NCBI GenBank assembly: GCA_031431875.1
Contig: JANPEF010000056.1
Location: forward strand, 1-29,117
DNA: 29,117 nt
Direction: 5' to 3'
Source of the DNA: Candidatus Eiseniibacteriota bacterium
GTDB lineage: Bacteria > Eisenbacteria > RBG-16-71-46 > DASYSL01
Shown: positions 16,537-26,340 of the stretch, piece by piece
Position numbering within the stretch: position 1 is the first letter of the stretch
Layout of the letters: the number at the start of each line of letters is the position of its first letter
Translations under genes and position numbers: made by a program
Notes under the pieces: model-generated
Databases searched by the model: none
What the model was told of the DNA's origin: nothing
The model's input: the letters and a program-made list of their open reading frames with translations, nothing else

Positions 16537-17880
16537 GTGTCCACCTCTCCCCTCATGGTCAGCGTCTCGGGCATCCGGGGCGTGGTCGGCGATTCCCTCA
16601 CCATCCCGGTGCTGGTCGACTACGCGGCGGCCTTCGGCCGTTTCGTCGGGCCGGGCTCCGTCGTGATCGGCCGGGATTCGCGGCCGAGCGGCGAGTGGGT
16701 GTTCGCCGTCGTGTGCTCGGCGCTGCGCGCCGTCGGTGTCGATGTCATCGACGTGGGCCTCGTGCCCACGCCTGCCGTCCAGGTCGCCGTGCTCGATCAC
16801 GGTGCGGTCGGCGGCATCGTCCTTTCGGCCAGCCACAATCCCGCTTCCTGGAACGCGCTCAAGCTGCTCGATGCGCGCGGCGAGTTTCTCGACGCCGAGG
16901 CCTCGTTGCGCTATCGCGAGAGCGTCGGGGCGGCCGGCCCGTGGGTCGGCCACGAGCGGCTCGGCACTCTCCGCGCGGCCGACGGTGCGGTCGCCGCGCA
17001 GGTCGCCCGCGCGCTCGCGCACCCGGCGCTCGAGCGCGCAGGCTGGCCGCGGGCGCCGATCGTCGTCGTCGACGGTTGCCGCTCGGTCGGTGGTCTCGCC
17101 ACGCCGCAGGCGCTGCGCGCCCTTGGCGCGACCGTGATCGAACTCGATTGCACGCCCGACGGCTGCTTCACGCGCGGGCTCGAGCCGGTGCCCGAGAACC
17201 TCGGGGAACTCGGGCGCCTCGTGGTCGCCCACGGCGCCGACTTCGGGATCGCCCACGACCCCGATGCCGACCGCGCCGCACTGGTCGGCCCCGACGGTGT
17301 TCCGCTCGGCGAAGAGGCCACCCTGGCCCTGGCGGTTCGCGTCGTCCTGGCCCGGACCAAGGGCCCGGTGGTCACCAACCTGTCGACCTCGCGCATGGTC
17401 GAGGACCTGGCCGCCGCGGCCGGCGTCGCCTTTCACCGGACGGCCGTGGGCGAGGCCCACGTGGTCACCGGGATGCGGCGTTTTGGGGCGGTGATCGGCG
17501 GGGAGGGCAACGGGGGCGTGATCGCGCCGGAGGCCCACCTGGGCCGGGACGGGACCGTCGCCGCCGTACTCGTCGCCCAGGCCTGGGCCGATGCGGGCGG
17601 GGATCTCGCGGCGGCCGTGCGCGATCTGCCCCACTATGTCATGATGAAGCAGAAGCTGGAAGGGGTCCGGGACTGGCCCGCGCGGGCCCGCGACCTGACC
17701 TCGCTGTTCGCGGATCACGCCCTCGATACCACCGACGGCCTGCGCTTCGCGCGGGATCGGGCGTGGTTGCACGCCCGGCCGTCGGGCACGGAACCGATCG
17801 TCCGGCTCATCGCCGAATCCCCCGACGAACTCACGACCCGGGCCCTGCTCGAGCGTGCCCGCCGGGCGTTTGCGGCCTGA
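16537..17880 (+). CDS. glmM: Phosphoglucosamine mutase / phosphohexomutase family
   Basis: SVSGIRG, IGRDSR, SASHNP (phospho-Ser), DPDADR (metal loop), GGEGNGG, RPSGTEP. Position directly upstream of glmS suggests the substrate. Confidence 0.85.
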   Translation: MSTSPLMVSVSGIRGVVGDSLTIPVLVDYAAAFGRFVGPGSVVIGRDSRPSGEWVFAVVCSALRAVGVDVIDVGLVPTPAVQVAVLDHGAVGGIVLSASHNPASWNALKLLDARGEFLDAEASLRYRESVGAAGPWVGHERLGTLRAADGAVAAQVARALAHPALERAGWPRAPIVVVDGCRSVGGLATPQALRALGATVIELDCTPDGCFTRGLEPVPENLGELGRLVVAHGADFGIAHDPDADRAALVGPDGVPLGEEATLALAVRVVLARTKGPVVTNLSTSRMVEDLAAAAGVAFHRTAVGEAHVVTGMRRFGAVIGGEGNGGVIAPEAHLGRDGTVAAVLVAQAWADAGGDLAAAVRDLPHYVMMKQKLEGVRDWPARARDLTSLFADHALDTTDGLRFARDRAWLHARPSGTEPIVRLIAESPDELTTRALLERARRAFAA

Positions 17881-17908
17881 CCGGCATCCCTCGACGAAGG
17901 AGTTCGGC

Positions 17909-19735
17909 ATGTGCGGCATCGTGGGGTACCTCGGGGACAAGGACGTGGTTCCGCTCCTCATCCGCGGGCTCGAACGGCTGGAGTATCGCGGCTACGATTC
18001 GTCCGGCGTGGCGATCGTCGACGGCGGCATGACGATCGTCAAGGCCGTGGGCAAGATCAAGAACCTGAAGGAACGCATCGAGGGGCGCACCTTTAGTGGA
18101 CGCCTCGGCATCGCGCACACGCGCTGGGCCACCCACGGCGAGCCGAGCGACGTCAATGCGCATCCCCACACCGACTGCAAGGGCCGCCTCGCGCTGGTGC
18201 ACAACGGCGTCATCGAGAATCACGTGGCGCTCAGGAAGTTGCTCGTCGCCGAGGGCCACCGCTTCGAGTCCGAGACCGACACTGAGGTGCTGGCCCACCT
18301 GATCGAACGCTCGCTGCCCGGCCGCTCGCTCGGCGACGCGGTCTCGACCGCGCTGCAACTGGTCGAGGGGACGTATGGAATCGCGGTCGTCTCGGCCGAT
18401 CATCCGGGCGTGCTGATCGGCGCACGCCACGGTTCGCCGCTGGTGATCGGCGTCGGCGACGGCGAGACGTTTCTTGCCTCCGACGGCGCCCCGCTGCGCG
18501 AACACACGCAGCGCGTGGTGTACCTCGACGAGGGGGAAATGGTCGTCATCGACGAGGACGGCTACCGCACCTTCACCATCGAGGGCGTGGCGGTCGACAA
18601 GCAGGTCGACGAACTGAACTGGGACCTCGAGCAGATCGAGAAGGCGGGGTTCCCGCACTTCATGCTCAAGGAGATCCACGAGCAGCCGGACACCGTGCGC
18701 AACGCGATGCGCGGGCGATTGCTCATGGATGAGGGCACCGCCAAGCTGGGCGGCCTCAACCTGGATGAGGACGAGCTGCGGGCCATCAAGCGCATCGTCA
18801 TCACCGCCTGCGGTACGTCCTACTACGCGGGGCTGATCGGCGAGTACCTGCTCGAGGAGCACGCGCGCATCCCGGTCGAAGTCGAGTACGCCTCGGAGTT
18901 CCGCTACCGGAACCCGATCCTCGACGAGGGCACGCTGGTGATTGCCATCTCGCAGTCGGGCGAGACCGCCGACACGCTCGCCGCGCTGCGCGAGGCGCGG
19001 CGGCGCGGCGCGACCGTGATGGGCATCGTCAACGTGGTCGGCTCGACCGTGGCGCGCGAGGCGGGCCGCGGCGTCTACATCCACGCCGGCCCCGAGATCG
19101 GCGTTGCCTCGACCAAGGCGTTTACCTCGCAAGTCACGGTGCTCGCGCTGCTCACCATGCACCTGGGGCGCTTGCGGGTGATGTCGCAGGAGCAGGGGCG
19201 GCGCATGGCCGTCGAGCTCGATGCGCTGCCGGGAAAGATCGAGCGCATCCTCGCCGCGGCGCCCGCCATCAAGGAGATCGCCGCCCAGCTCCAGCACCAC
19301 AACAATTTCCTGTACCTGGGGCGCGGGGCGAACTTCCCCGTGGCGCTCGAAGGCGCGCTCAAGCTCAAGGAGATCTCGTACGTCCACGCCGAGGGGTATC
19401 CCGCGGCGGAGATGAAGCACGGCCCGATCGCGCTGATCGACGAGAACATGCCGGTCGTCTTCATCTGCCCCAAGGACGGCGCGTACGCGAAGGTGATGAC
19501 GAACATGCAGGAGGTGCGGGCCCGCCACGGCAAGATCCTCGCGATCGCGACCGAGGGCGACGCCGACATCCACGCGCTCGCCGACTTCGTGATCCCGGTG
19601 CCGGCCACGCACGACGCGTTCGTGCCCCTGCTGTCGGTCGTGCCGTTGCAGCTTCTTTCGTACTTCATGGCGGTGCTACGGGGCTGCGACGTCGACCAGC
19701 CGCGCAATCTCGCCAAGTCCGTCACCGTCGAATGA
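17909..19735 (+). CDS. glmS: Glutamine--fructose-6-phosphate transaminase
   Basis: SD AAGGAG. MCGIVG, LEYRGYDS, HTRWATHG, SQSGETADT, EGALKLKE, PRNLAKSVTVE. Confidence 0.98.
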   Translation: MCGIVGYLGDKDVVPLLIRGLERLEYRGYDSSGVAIVDGGMTIVKAVGKIKNLKERIEGRTFSGRLGIAHTRWATHGEPSDVNAHPHTDCKGRLALVHNGVIENHVALRKLLVAEGHRFESETDTEVLAHLIERSLPGRSLGDAVSTALQLVEGTYGIAVVSADHPGVLIGARHGSPLVIGVGDGETFLASDGAPLREHTQRVVYLDEGEMVVIDEDGYRTFTIEGVAVDKQVDELNWDLEQIEKAGFPHFMLKEIHEQPDTVRNAMRGRLLMDEGTAKLGGLNLDEDELRAIKRIVITACGTSYYAGLIGEYLLEEHARIPVEVEYASEFRYRNPILDEGTLVIAISQSGETADTLAALREARRRGATVMGIVNVVGSTVAREAGRGVYIHAGPEIGVASTKAFTSQVTVLALLTMHLGRLRVMSQEQGRRMAVELDALPGKIERILAAAPAIKEIAAQLQHHNNFLYLGRGANFPVALEGALKLKEISYVHAEGYPAAEMKHGPIALIDENMPVVFICPKDGAYAKVMTNMQEVRARHGKILAIATEGDADIHALADFVIPVPATHDAFVPLLSVVPLQLLSYFMAVLRGCDVDQPRNLAKSVTVE

Positions 19736-19766
19736 AGTCCGTGTCGCTGGGAAAGGAGTCCCGCCC

Positions 19767-20165
19767 GTGAGCCGATCCGCCGTCGCCTCGCCCGACGCCC
19801 CGAAGGCGCTGGGCCCGTACTCGCAGGCCCAGGTGGTCCTCTCGGGCGCGAACCGCTTCGTCTATACCTCGGGCCAGGTCGGCCTCGATCCGAAGACCGG
19901 CGCGCTGGCCGACGGGATCACGGCGCAGACGAAGCAGGTGCTGGCCAACCTCGAGGCGGTGCTCGCTGCGGCGGGCGTAACCCTCGGGGACGTCGTGAAA
20001 ACGACTGTGTTCCTCGCCGAGATGAGTGATTTCGAGGCGATGAACAAGGTGTACGGGGCGGCATTCGAGTTGCCCTATCCGGCGCGGAGCACGGTTGCCG
20101 CGAAAGGCCTGCCGAAGGACGCGCTGGTCGAGATCGAGGCGATCGCGATTCGCGCGGGGCTCTGA
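19767..20165 (+). CDS. ridA: RidA family enamine/imine deaminase
   Basis: APKALGPYSQA, SGQ, VVKTTVFL, PARS (catalytic Arg), LP...LVEIEAI; SD AAGGAG. Confidence 0.93.
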   Translation: MSRSAVASPDAPKALGPYSQAQVVLSGANRFVYTSGQVGLDPKTGALADGITAQTKQVLANLEAVLAAAGVTLGDVVKTTVFLAEMSDFEAMNKVYGAAFELPYPARSTVAAKGLPKDALVEIEAIAIRAGL

Positions 20166-20176
20166 GATCGAGACGC

Positions 20177-20274
20177 GGGAGCGCATGGGATCTGGTGGTC
20201 CCCGGGGACTTCAAATCCTTCGGTCGGTCGCGGATCGCGGCCGAGGTGGGTTCGATTCCCACACGTTCCCGCCA
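20177..20274 (+). tRNA. selC: tRNA-Sec (TCA)
   Basis: 98 nt. 8-bp acceptor GGGAGCGC/ACGTTCCC plus GCCA, 6-bp D stem with TGGT loop, anticodon loop CTTCAAA, 9-bp variable arm, 5-bp T stem GTGGG/CCCAC: the bacterial 8/5 tRNA-Sec fold. Confidence 0.95.
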
Positions 20275-20282
20275 GTTGAACT

Positions 20283-20324
20283 GTCAGCGCTTGCGCTGAC
20301 CTGTTCGTCAGCGCTTGCGCTGAC
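20283..20324. repeat. Two identical 18-bp palindromes GTCAGCGC-TT-GCGCTGAC
   Basis: Copies at 20283-20300 and 20307-20324, spacer CTGTTC. Confidence 0.95.
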
Positions 20325-20328
20325 GGGG

Positions 20329-20943
20329 GTGTTGCTTCTGGTTGCGATGATGGCACCGACCGTCGTGCAAGCAGAGGGAAGCGGCGCGGCGGCCGACACC
20401 GTCGCGTTGGCGCCGGTGGCGCCGACATCGATGACGCCTTCTTCCGCGTCGCCTCCGGCGCCACGGAATCAAAGAGGCGAACTCGAGCGGCCGTGGCACC
20501 GGCAACCGTGGTCGATCATGACACGCTCGGCGATCCTGCCGGGCTGGGGCCAGTGGACGAACGGGCGACCGTGGAAGGCGATCGGCGTGACCGCGATGGA
20601 ACTGGGCGCGGGCTGGGCGACGCTCTCTGCGCACCAGGATGCGAACGACGCGCTGGCGCGCCTGGACGCCGCCAACGCGGCGCTCGATGACCAGGCCGCC
20701 GCGCAGGCGACCGCCGACTACGACGCGGCGTACAACCGCCGCAGCACGTGGGCGTGGATCCTCGGGACGACGCTCGCGTTGTCGATGCTCGACGCCTACG
20801 TCGACGCGCACCTCCTGCAGTTCGACGCGGACTTCGGTCCCGACCCCGAACCGCTCTCCGACCTGGATGCGGCCACGGGCCGTACCCTCGGTGGACGTCC
20901 CGACCTTCGGGTCGGTGTCCGCCTGAATTTCACGGGCCCCTAG
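20329..20943 (+). CDS. DUF5683-like membrane/secreted protein (start uncertain)
   Basis: RSAILPGWGQWTN...WKA and LSMLDAYVDAHL..FD motifs. Possible starts CTG 20281, GTG 20329, TTG 20332, ATG 20347. Confidence 0.72.
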   Translation: MLLLVAMMAPTVVQAEGSGAAADTVALAPVAPTSMTPSSASPPAPRNQRGELERPWHRQPWSIMTRSAILPGWGQWTNGRPWKAIGVTAMELGAGWATLSAHQDANDALARLDAANAALDDQAAAQATADYDAAYNRRSTWAWILGTTLALSMLDAYVDAHLLQFDADFGPDPEPLSDLDAATGRTLGGRPDLRVGVRLNFTGP

Positions 20944-20973
20944 GCTCCGCGCACGCGAACGAAGGACGACGAC

Positions 20974-22785
20974 TTGAGCCGGATTCCGCCCTCGTACACC
21001 CGCAACTTCTGCATCATCGCGCACATCGATCATGGCAAGTCGACGCTCGCCGACCGCCTGCTCGAGATCACCGGCACGGTCTCGGGCAAGGACATGAAGG
21101 CGCAGGTGCTCGATGCCATGGATCTCGAGCGCGAGAAGGGCATCACCATCAAGTCGCACCCGATCTCGATGGACTACAAGGCGCGCGACGGAAATCTCTA
21201 CCAGCTCAACCTGATCGACACGCCGGGCCACGTCGACTTCACCTACGAGGTGTCGCGCAGCCTCGCCGCCTGCGAGGGGGCGATCCTGCTGGTCGATGCG
21301 TCGCAGGGGGTGGAGGCGCAGACGCTGTCGAACTTCTACCTCGCGGTCGAGAACGGGCTGACTATCGTGCCGGCGCTGAACAAGATCGACATGCCCGCGG
21401 CCCGGCCCGAGGAGGTCGGACTCGAGCTCGCGCACCTGACCGACGTGAACCCGGGCGACATCCCGCGCGTGTCGGCCAAGGCGGGCATCGGCGTCCAGGA
21501 CCTGCTGGAGCACGTCATCGCCCACGTGCCGCCGCCGAAGGCCGCCACGCCGGGTGCCCCGCTCCAGGCGCTGATCTTCGACTCGCAGTTCGACACCTTT
21601 CTCGGCGTGGTTGTCTACGTGCGCGTGGTCGAGGGCCGGGTGAAGGCCGGGGACGTGATCCAGTTCGCGTCCAACCGCAAGAAGTTCGAAGTCGGCGAGG
21701 TCGGCGTGTTCAAGCTGCGCCGCGTGTCGACCGACGCGCTCGAGGCCGGGCAGGTCGGCTACATCATCGCCGGGGTGCGCGACGTGCACGACGCGCGCGT
21801 GGGTGACACGGTGAGTGACGGAAACGTGGTCGATCCGGTGCAACTCCCGGGCTACCGCGAGGTGAAGCCCATGGTGTTCAGCGGGCTCTACCCGATCGAC
21901 TCCGTGCAGTACGAGGACCTCAAGGACTCGCTCTCCAAGCTCAAGCTCAACGACGCCGCGCTCATCTACGAGCCCGAGACTTCGGTCGCGCTGGGCTTCG
22001 GCTTCCGCTGCGGGTTCCTCGGCCTTCTGCACATGGAGATCGTGCAGGAGCGGCTGCGTCGCGAGTACGGCGTCGACCTCATCGCCACCGTGCCGAGCGT
22101 GGAGTACAAGGTCCTGCTCACCAGCGGGGAAGTCATCACGGTCGACAACCCGACCGCGCTGCCGTCGCCGACCAATATCGAGCTGATCGAAGAGCCGTTC
22201 GTGCGGGCCCATGTGCTGGTGCCGACCGAGTACGTCGGCAACATCATGAAGCTGTGCCAGGAGAAGCGCGGCGTGTACATCAAGATGGACTACATCGAAG
22301 ATCGCCGGGCCCGGCTCGAGTACCGCCTGCCGCTGTCGGAGATCGTCATCGACTTCTACGATCGCCTGAAGAGCATCTCCCGCGGCTACGCCTCCCTCGA
22401 CTACGAGTACGACGGTTACGAGCCCGCCGAGCTGGTCAAGCTCGACCTGCTCCTGAACGGCGAGCCCGTCGATGCGTTGTCGTGCATCGTCCACCGGGAC
22501 CGCGCCTACGAGTGGGGGCGTGACCTGACGACCCGGCTCAAGGAGCTGATCCCGCGTCAGATGTTCACCATTGCGATCCAGGCGGCGATCGGCGGCAAGA
22601 TCGTGGCCCGCGAGACGATCTCGGCCCTGCGCAAGAACGTCACCGCGAAGTGCTACGGCGGCGACATCACCCGCAAGCGCAAGCTGCTCGAGAAACAAAA
22701 GGAAGGGAAGCGACGTATGAAGCTGGTCGGAACCGTCGAAGTGCCGCAGGAGGCGTTCCTGGCGGTGCTCAAAGTGGACCGTTAG
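20974..22785 (+). CDS. lepA: Translation elongation factor 4 (LepA)
   Basis: [63 protein letters not shown] start. Confidence 0.98.
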   Translation: MSRIPPSYTRNFCIIAHIDHGKSTLADRLLEITGTVSGKDMKAQVLDAMDLEREKGITIKSHPISMDYKARDGNLYQLNLIDTPGHVDFTYEVSRSLAACEGAILLVDASQGVEAQTLSNFYLAVENGLTIVPALNKIDMPAARPEEVGLELAHLTDVNPGDIPRVSAKAGIGVQDLLEHVIAHVPPPKAATPGAPLQALIFDSQFDTFLGVVVYVRVVEGRVKAGDVIQFASNRKKFEVGEVGVFKLRRVSTDALEAGQVGYIIAGVRDVHDARVGDTVSDGNVVDPVQLPGYREVKPMVFSGLYPIDSVQYEDLKDSLSKLKLNDAALIYEPETSVALGFGFRCGFLGLLHMEIVQERLRREYGVDLIATVPSVEYKVLLTSGEVITVDNPTALPSPTNIELIEEPFVRAHVLVPTEYVGNIMKLCQEKRGVYIKMDYIEDRRARLEYRLPLSEIVIDFYDRLKSISRGYASLDYEYDGYEPAELVKLDLLLNGEPVDALSCIVHRDRAYEWGRDLTTRLKELIPRQMFTIAIQAAIGGKIVARETISALRKNVTAKCYGGDITRKRKLLEKQKEGKRRMKLVGTVEVPQEAFLAVLKVDR

Positions 22786-22795
22786 GAGAACCCCC

Positions 22796-23425
22796 ATGAA
22801 CGCCACGCGTCCGGCCCTCCGGCCCAAGTCCCCGCTTCGCGAGTACGTCGAGGCGATCCTCTACGCGCTCGTCCTCACCGCCGTGCTGCGCGCCTTCATC
22901 CTCCAGGCGTTCCGCATCCCGTCGGAGTCGATGCTCGACACGTTGCTGGTCGGGGACTACCTGTTCGTCAACAAGCTCGACTACGGCCCGATGGTCCCGT
23001 TCACCACGGCGCGCCTGCCGGGGTTCCGCAAGCCGCAGTCCGGCGACGTGATCGTGTTCCAGTTCCCCGATGATCCGCGCCGCGACTACATCAAGCGTTG
23101 CGTCGCCGTCGGCGGGCAGACCGTCGAGGTCCGCGAGAAGCAGCTCTACGTCGACGGCGTGAAGCAGATCGAGCCCTACGTGCAGCACATCGACCCGACC
23201 GTGCATCCGGCCGGCTACGACCCGCGCGACAACTTCGGGCCGTACACCGTGCCGGCGGGCAACCTCTTCATGATGGGCGACAACCGCGACAACTCGAACG
23301 ACAGCCGTTGGTGGGGCCCGGTCAAGATGGACCTGGTCAAGGGTCGGGCGATGTTCCTGTACTGGTCGTGGGATGGGGAGCGCAAGTGGCCGCGCTTCCA
23401 TCGCATCCTCACCGCGATCCGCTGA
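22796..23425 (+). CDS. lepB: Signal peptidase I
   Basis: IPSESM (catalytic Ser), DYIKR (catalytic Lys), MMGDNRDNSNDSR; SD AGGAG. Confidence 0.96.
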   Translation: MNATRPALRPKSPLREYVEAILYALVLTAVLRAFILQAFRIPSESMLDTLLVGDYLFVNKLDYGPMVPFTTARLPGFRKPQSGDVIVFQFPDDPRRDYIKRCVAVGGQTVEVREKQLYVDGVKQIEPYVQHIDPTVHPAGYDPRDNFGPYTVPAGNLFMMGDNRDNSNDSRWWGPVKMDLVKGRAMFLYWSWDGERKWPRFHRILTAIR

Positions 23426-24648
23426 GCGCCGCCGCGGGGCAGTCGCTCGCGCCGCTTGCGGAGCCGCTCGGCGCGGGTGTCTACGTGCACGTGCCGTTCT
23501 GCCGCGTGCACTGCCCGTACTGCGACTTCGCGGTGCGGCCGCACCGGGCGGACGAGGAACCCGCACTCGTCGCCGGCGTCCTCGCCGAGGCCGATCGCCG
23601 CGCGCCGCAAGGCGGCAACGGGCCCGACGGCCGGTCGTGGGGCAGCCTGTACTTCGGCGGCGGCACGCCCAGCCGCCTGGCCCCCGTGCACTTCGGCGCA
23701 CTCGTGGATGGGCTCGACGCGCGGCTCACGTTCGCGTCCGCGCACGAGCGCTCGCTCGAGGCGAACCCGGAGGATGTCGACGCCGCACACGTCATCGCCT
23801 GGCGCGCCGCGGGCGTGAACCGCGTCTCGCTCGGCGCGCAGTCATTCCACGATGACGAGCTGCGCCGCCTCGGTCGCATGCACGGTGCCGCGGGGATCGG
23901 CGCCGCGGTCGCCTGCCTGCGCGCGCACGGCGTGACGAACTGGAGCCTCGACCTCATGTACGCCTACCCCGGGCACACCCGCGAGCGCTTCGCCGCGTCG
24001 CTCGAGCGGGGGCTCGCGCTCGAGCCGCCGCATATCTCGGCCTACGCCTACACGCCCGAGCCGGGCACGCCGATGGGCGAGAAGGTGAACGCGGGACGCC
24101 TCGCGCGGCCCGACGGCGACGACGAGGCCGCGTGCTTCGAACTCGCGCACACGATGCTGGGCGCGGCCGGCTATCGGCACTACGAGATCTCGAACTTCGC
24201 GCAACCCGGATACGAGACCCGACACCACCTGCGTTACTGGCGGCGGGGGAGCTGGCTCGGGCTCGGCCCCTCGGCGGTGAGCTTCCTCGCCGGGCGGCGC
24301 GAAACCGCGCCACGCGACCTCCTGGCCTGGGCCGCCGCGGTACCGCAGGCGCCGTTCGGGTGGGAGGTCGACGACTCGCGGGCGCACGCCTTCGTCGAGA
24401 CCGTGTTCCTGGGCCTGCGCCTCGACGCGGGCATGCGCTTTTCCGACCTGCCCGGGGACGTGCCTGCCGACGAGCGCGCGCGCTGGCAGGCGGCGGGGGA
24501 GGTCCTGGTCGGGCGCGGCCTGCTCGTGCGCACGGACCAGGGGTTTCGCCTGCCGGAGGCCGAGCGGGTGCGCACCGACGGCGTCGTCCTCGCCTGGCAG
24601 TCCGAGGTTGAGCGGGCCGCGGCGTCCCGTATACTGCCGGAACCATGA
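23422..24648 (+). CDS. hemW: Radical SAM heme chaperone HemW (HemN-like); start CTG 23422 or GTG 23386
   Basis: YVHVPFCRVHCPYCDF (CxxxCxxC), YFGGGTPS, EANP, NRVSLGAQS, YEISNF, YW...GLGPSA; lies between lepA/lepB and hrcA. Confidence 0.9.
   Translation: MSAAAGQSLAPLAEPLGAGVYVHVPFCRVHCPYCDFAVRPHRADEEPALVAGVLAEADRRAPQGGNGPDGRSWGSLYFGGGTPSRLAPVHFGALVDGLDARLTFASAHERSLEANPEDVDAAHVIAWRAAGVNRVSLGAQSFHDDELRRLGRMHGAAGIGAAVACLRAHGVTNWSLDLMYAYPGHTRERFAASLERGLALEPPHISAYAYTPEPGTPMGEKVNAGRLARPDGDDEAACFELAHTMLGAAGYRHYEISNFAQPGYETRHHLRYWRRGSWLGLGPSAVSFLAGRRETAPRDLLAWAAAVPQAPFGWEVDDSRAHAFVETVFLGLRLDAGMRFSDLPGDVPADERARWQAAGEVLVGRGLLVRTDQGFRLPEAERVRTDGVVLAWQSEVERAAASRILPEP
24608..24635 (+). promoter_or_regulatory. 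Putative internal promoter for hrcA inside the hemW 3' end
   Basis: TTGAGC 24608-24613, 16-nt spacer, TATACT 24630-24635; ATG follows 9 nt later with no SD. Confidence 0.5.
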
Positions 24649-25691
24649 ATTCCCGGATCCCGCGGGCGGGGCGCCCTGCGCCACGCCGCATCAGCGACCT
24701 CACGCCGCGCCAGCAGCAGGTCCTCGAGCTGCTCGTCCGCCAGTTCCTCGCCACGGCCCGCCCGGTCGCGTCGCAGGCGCTGGCCGTCGAGGGCGGTTTC
24801 GCGTGGGCTCCGGCGACGCTGCGCCAGGCGATGAACGAGCTCGAGGAGCTGGGCCTGCTCGAGCAGCCGCACTCGGCCGCGGGGCGCGTGCCCACCGACC
24901 GCGGTTACCGCCTGTTCGTGGATGCGCTCGCGGCCCCGGCGCCGCCGACGCCCGACGAGGTGGCGACGATCGATCGCGTCCTCGCCGCCTCGGCCCGCGA
25001 CGTCGAGCAGATCCTCACCCAGGTGTCGCGCATCCTCGCCGATCTCTCGACCCAGGTCGGCTTCGCGCTTGCCCCGTCGCTCGACGACGTCGAGCTCTCG
25101 GGTCTCGAGCTGGTGCCGCTCGCCGAACGGCGCGCGCTGCTCGTGCTCGCACTGGGCGAAGCGCCGGTGCGGCCGCTGACGGTCGAGCTCGATTCCGCGC
25201 TGGGCCGCGACGAGCTGGGGCGCGTCGCGGCGCTGCTGCGCGAGCGCCTGCTCGGCCACACGCTGCGCGAGGCGCGACGGCGTCTCACCGGCGACGAGGC
25301 CCTGGTCAAGGACGGCGCGGTCGCGCTGGTCGCGACCGCGGTGCAGACCGCGCTGGCCCTGGCGGGCCGACCCGGCGTGTTCGTCGGCGGCACCGCGCAC
25401 GTGGCGCGCCATCCGGAATTTCGTGAGGCGCAGTCGCTGCGGCCGCTGCTCGACCTCATCGATCGCTCCGAACCGTGGCGCGAGCTGGTCCATGGCGAGG
25501 AGCCCGGGCTCGCGGTGACGATCGGTCGCGAGCATGGTCGCCCCGAGTGGGCGCATCTCAGCCTCGTGAGCTTCCGCCTGCCCGGACCGGGCGACGCGTC
25601 CATCGGGCTGCTCGGCCCGCGACGCATGGACTATGCCCGGATCATGGGGCTGGTCGACTACGCGGGACGGCGACTGCCGTCCTACTTCTGA
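24645..25691 (+). CDS. hrcA: Heat-inducible transcription repressor HrcA
   Basis: LTPRQQQVL...PVAS...PATLR..M..LE..GLLEQPHSAAGRVPTDRGYRLFVD, IGLLGPRRMDY. Confidence 0.95.
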   Translation: MNSRIPRAGRPAPRRISDLTPRQQQVLELLVRQFLATARPVASQALAVEGGFAWAPATLRQAMNELEELGLLEQPHSAAGRVPTDRGYRLFVDALAAPAPPTPDEVATIDRVLAASARDVEQILTQVSRILADLSTQVGFALAPSLDDVELSGLELVPLAERRALLVLALGEAPVRPLTVELDSALGRDELGRVAALLRERLLGHTLREARRRLTGDEALVKDGAVALVATAVQTALALAGRPGVFVGGTAHVARHPEFREAQSLRPLLDLIDRSEPWRELVHGEEPGLAVTIGREHGRPEWAHLSLVSFRLPGPGDASIGLLGPRRMDYARIMGLVDYAGRRLPSYF

Positions 25692-25722
25692 ACCGAACCA
25701 CCACCCCTTTCGAGGTCCCGAC

Positions 25723-26337
25723 TTGAAGCCTTCGCATCCGTTGCACGCCGACGAGCCCGGGTTGCCCGCCGCGTCCGTCGACCCTCGCCCCGACGCCGTC
25801 GCGCCCGTGGGCGCGGAGTCCGCCGCCGGGCATGAGGCGGCCGACCTCTCGTCGCTCGATCCGGCGGAGGCGCAGCTCGCCGCGCTGAGTGCCGAGCTCG
25901 AGCACGCCAAGGACGCGCGCCTGCGCGTCGAGGCCGACCTGCAGAACACGCGTCGTCGCCACCTGCGCGAACTCGACGACGCCGAGCGGGCCGGCGCCGA
26001 GCGCCTGCTGACGCCCGTCCTGTCGCTGGTCGACGATCTCGATCGTGCGCTCGAGGCCGCCGCTGCCACAGGTGCGGGCGAGAGCCCGCTGGCGCAGGGT
26101 GTCGCGCTGGCGCAGCAGCGCCTGCTCGACACGCTGGCCGCGCTCGGCCTGGTCCCCATCGCCCCGCTGGGCGAGCCGTTCGATCCCCACGCCCATGAGG
26201 CGCTGCTGCATGCGCCGCATGCGACGGTGCCGGCCGGACACGTGAGCCAGGTCGTCGCCCGCGGGTTCCGCCAGGGGGAACGTGTCCTGCGCGCCGCGCG
26301 GGTCATCGTCTCCAGCGGCACGCCGGGGAAGGACTGA
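25723..26337 (+). CDS. grpE: Nucleotide exchange factor GrpE
   Basis: SD GAGG then TTG. LRVEADLQNTRRR, VDDLDRAL, GEPFDPHAHEAL, GF....RVLRAARV. Confidence 0.93.
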   Translation: MKPSHPLHADEPGLPAASVDPRPDAVAPVGAESAAGHEAADLSSLDPAEAQLAALSAELEHAKDARLRVEADLQNTRRRHLRELDDAERAGAERLLTPVLSLVDDLDRALEAAAATGAGESPLAQGVALAQQRLLDTLAALGLVPIAPLGEPFDPHAHEALLHAPHATVPAGHVSQVVARGFRQGERVLRAARVIVSSGTPGKD

Positions 26338-26340
26338 CGC

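Noticed and set aside
17881..17908. glmS ribozyme
   Set aside because: Only 28 nt separate glmM and glmS, too short for the ribozyme.
20095..20280. DUF5683 gene starting inside ridA or tRNA-Sec
   Set aside because: The frame is open but the translation is not protein-like and the sequence is explained by tRNA structure; kept only as start-site uncertainty.
20283..20324. Possible CRISPR array
   Set aside because: Only two 18-bp repeats with a 6-bp spacer and no cas genes.
16331..20330. Genomic island or prophage integrated at a tRNA
   Set aside because: No integrase, no duplicated tRNA 3' end seen, and the flanking genes are core housekeeping genes.
20308..22827. 839-aa minus-strand ORF and similar long antisense ORFs (1005-2852, 14253-16070, 17831-19612, 24234-26351, 25642-27510)
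   Set aside because: Shadow ORFs opposite well-conserved genes, expected from high-GC codon bias; no recognisable motifs.
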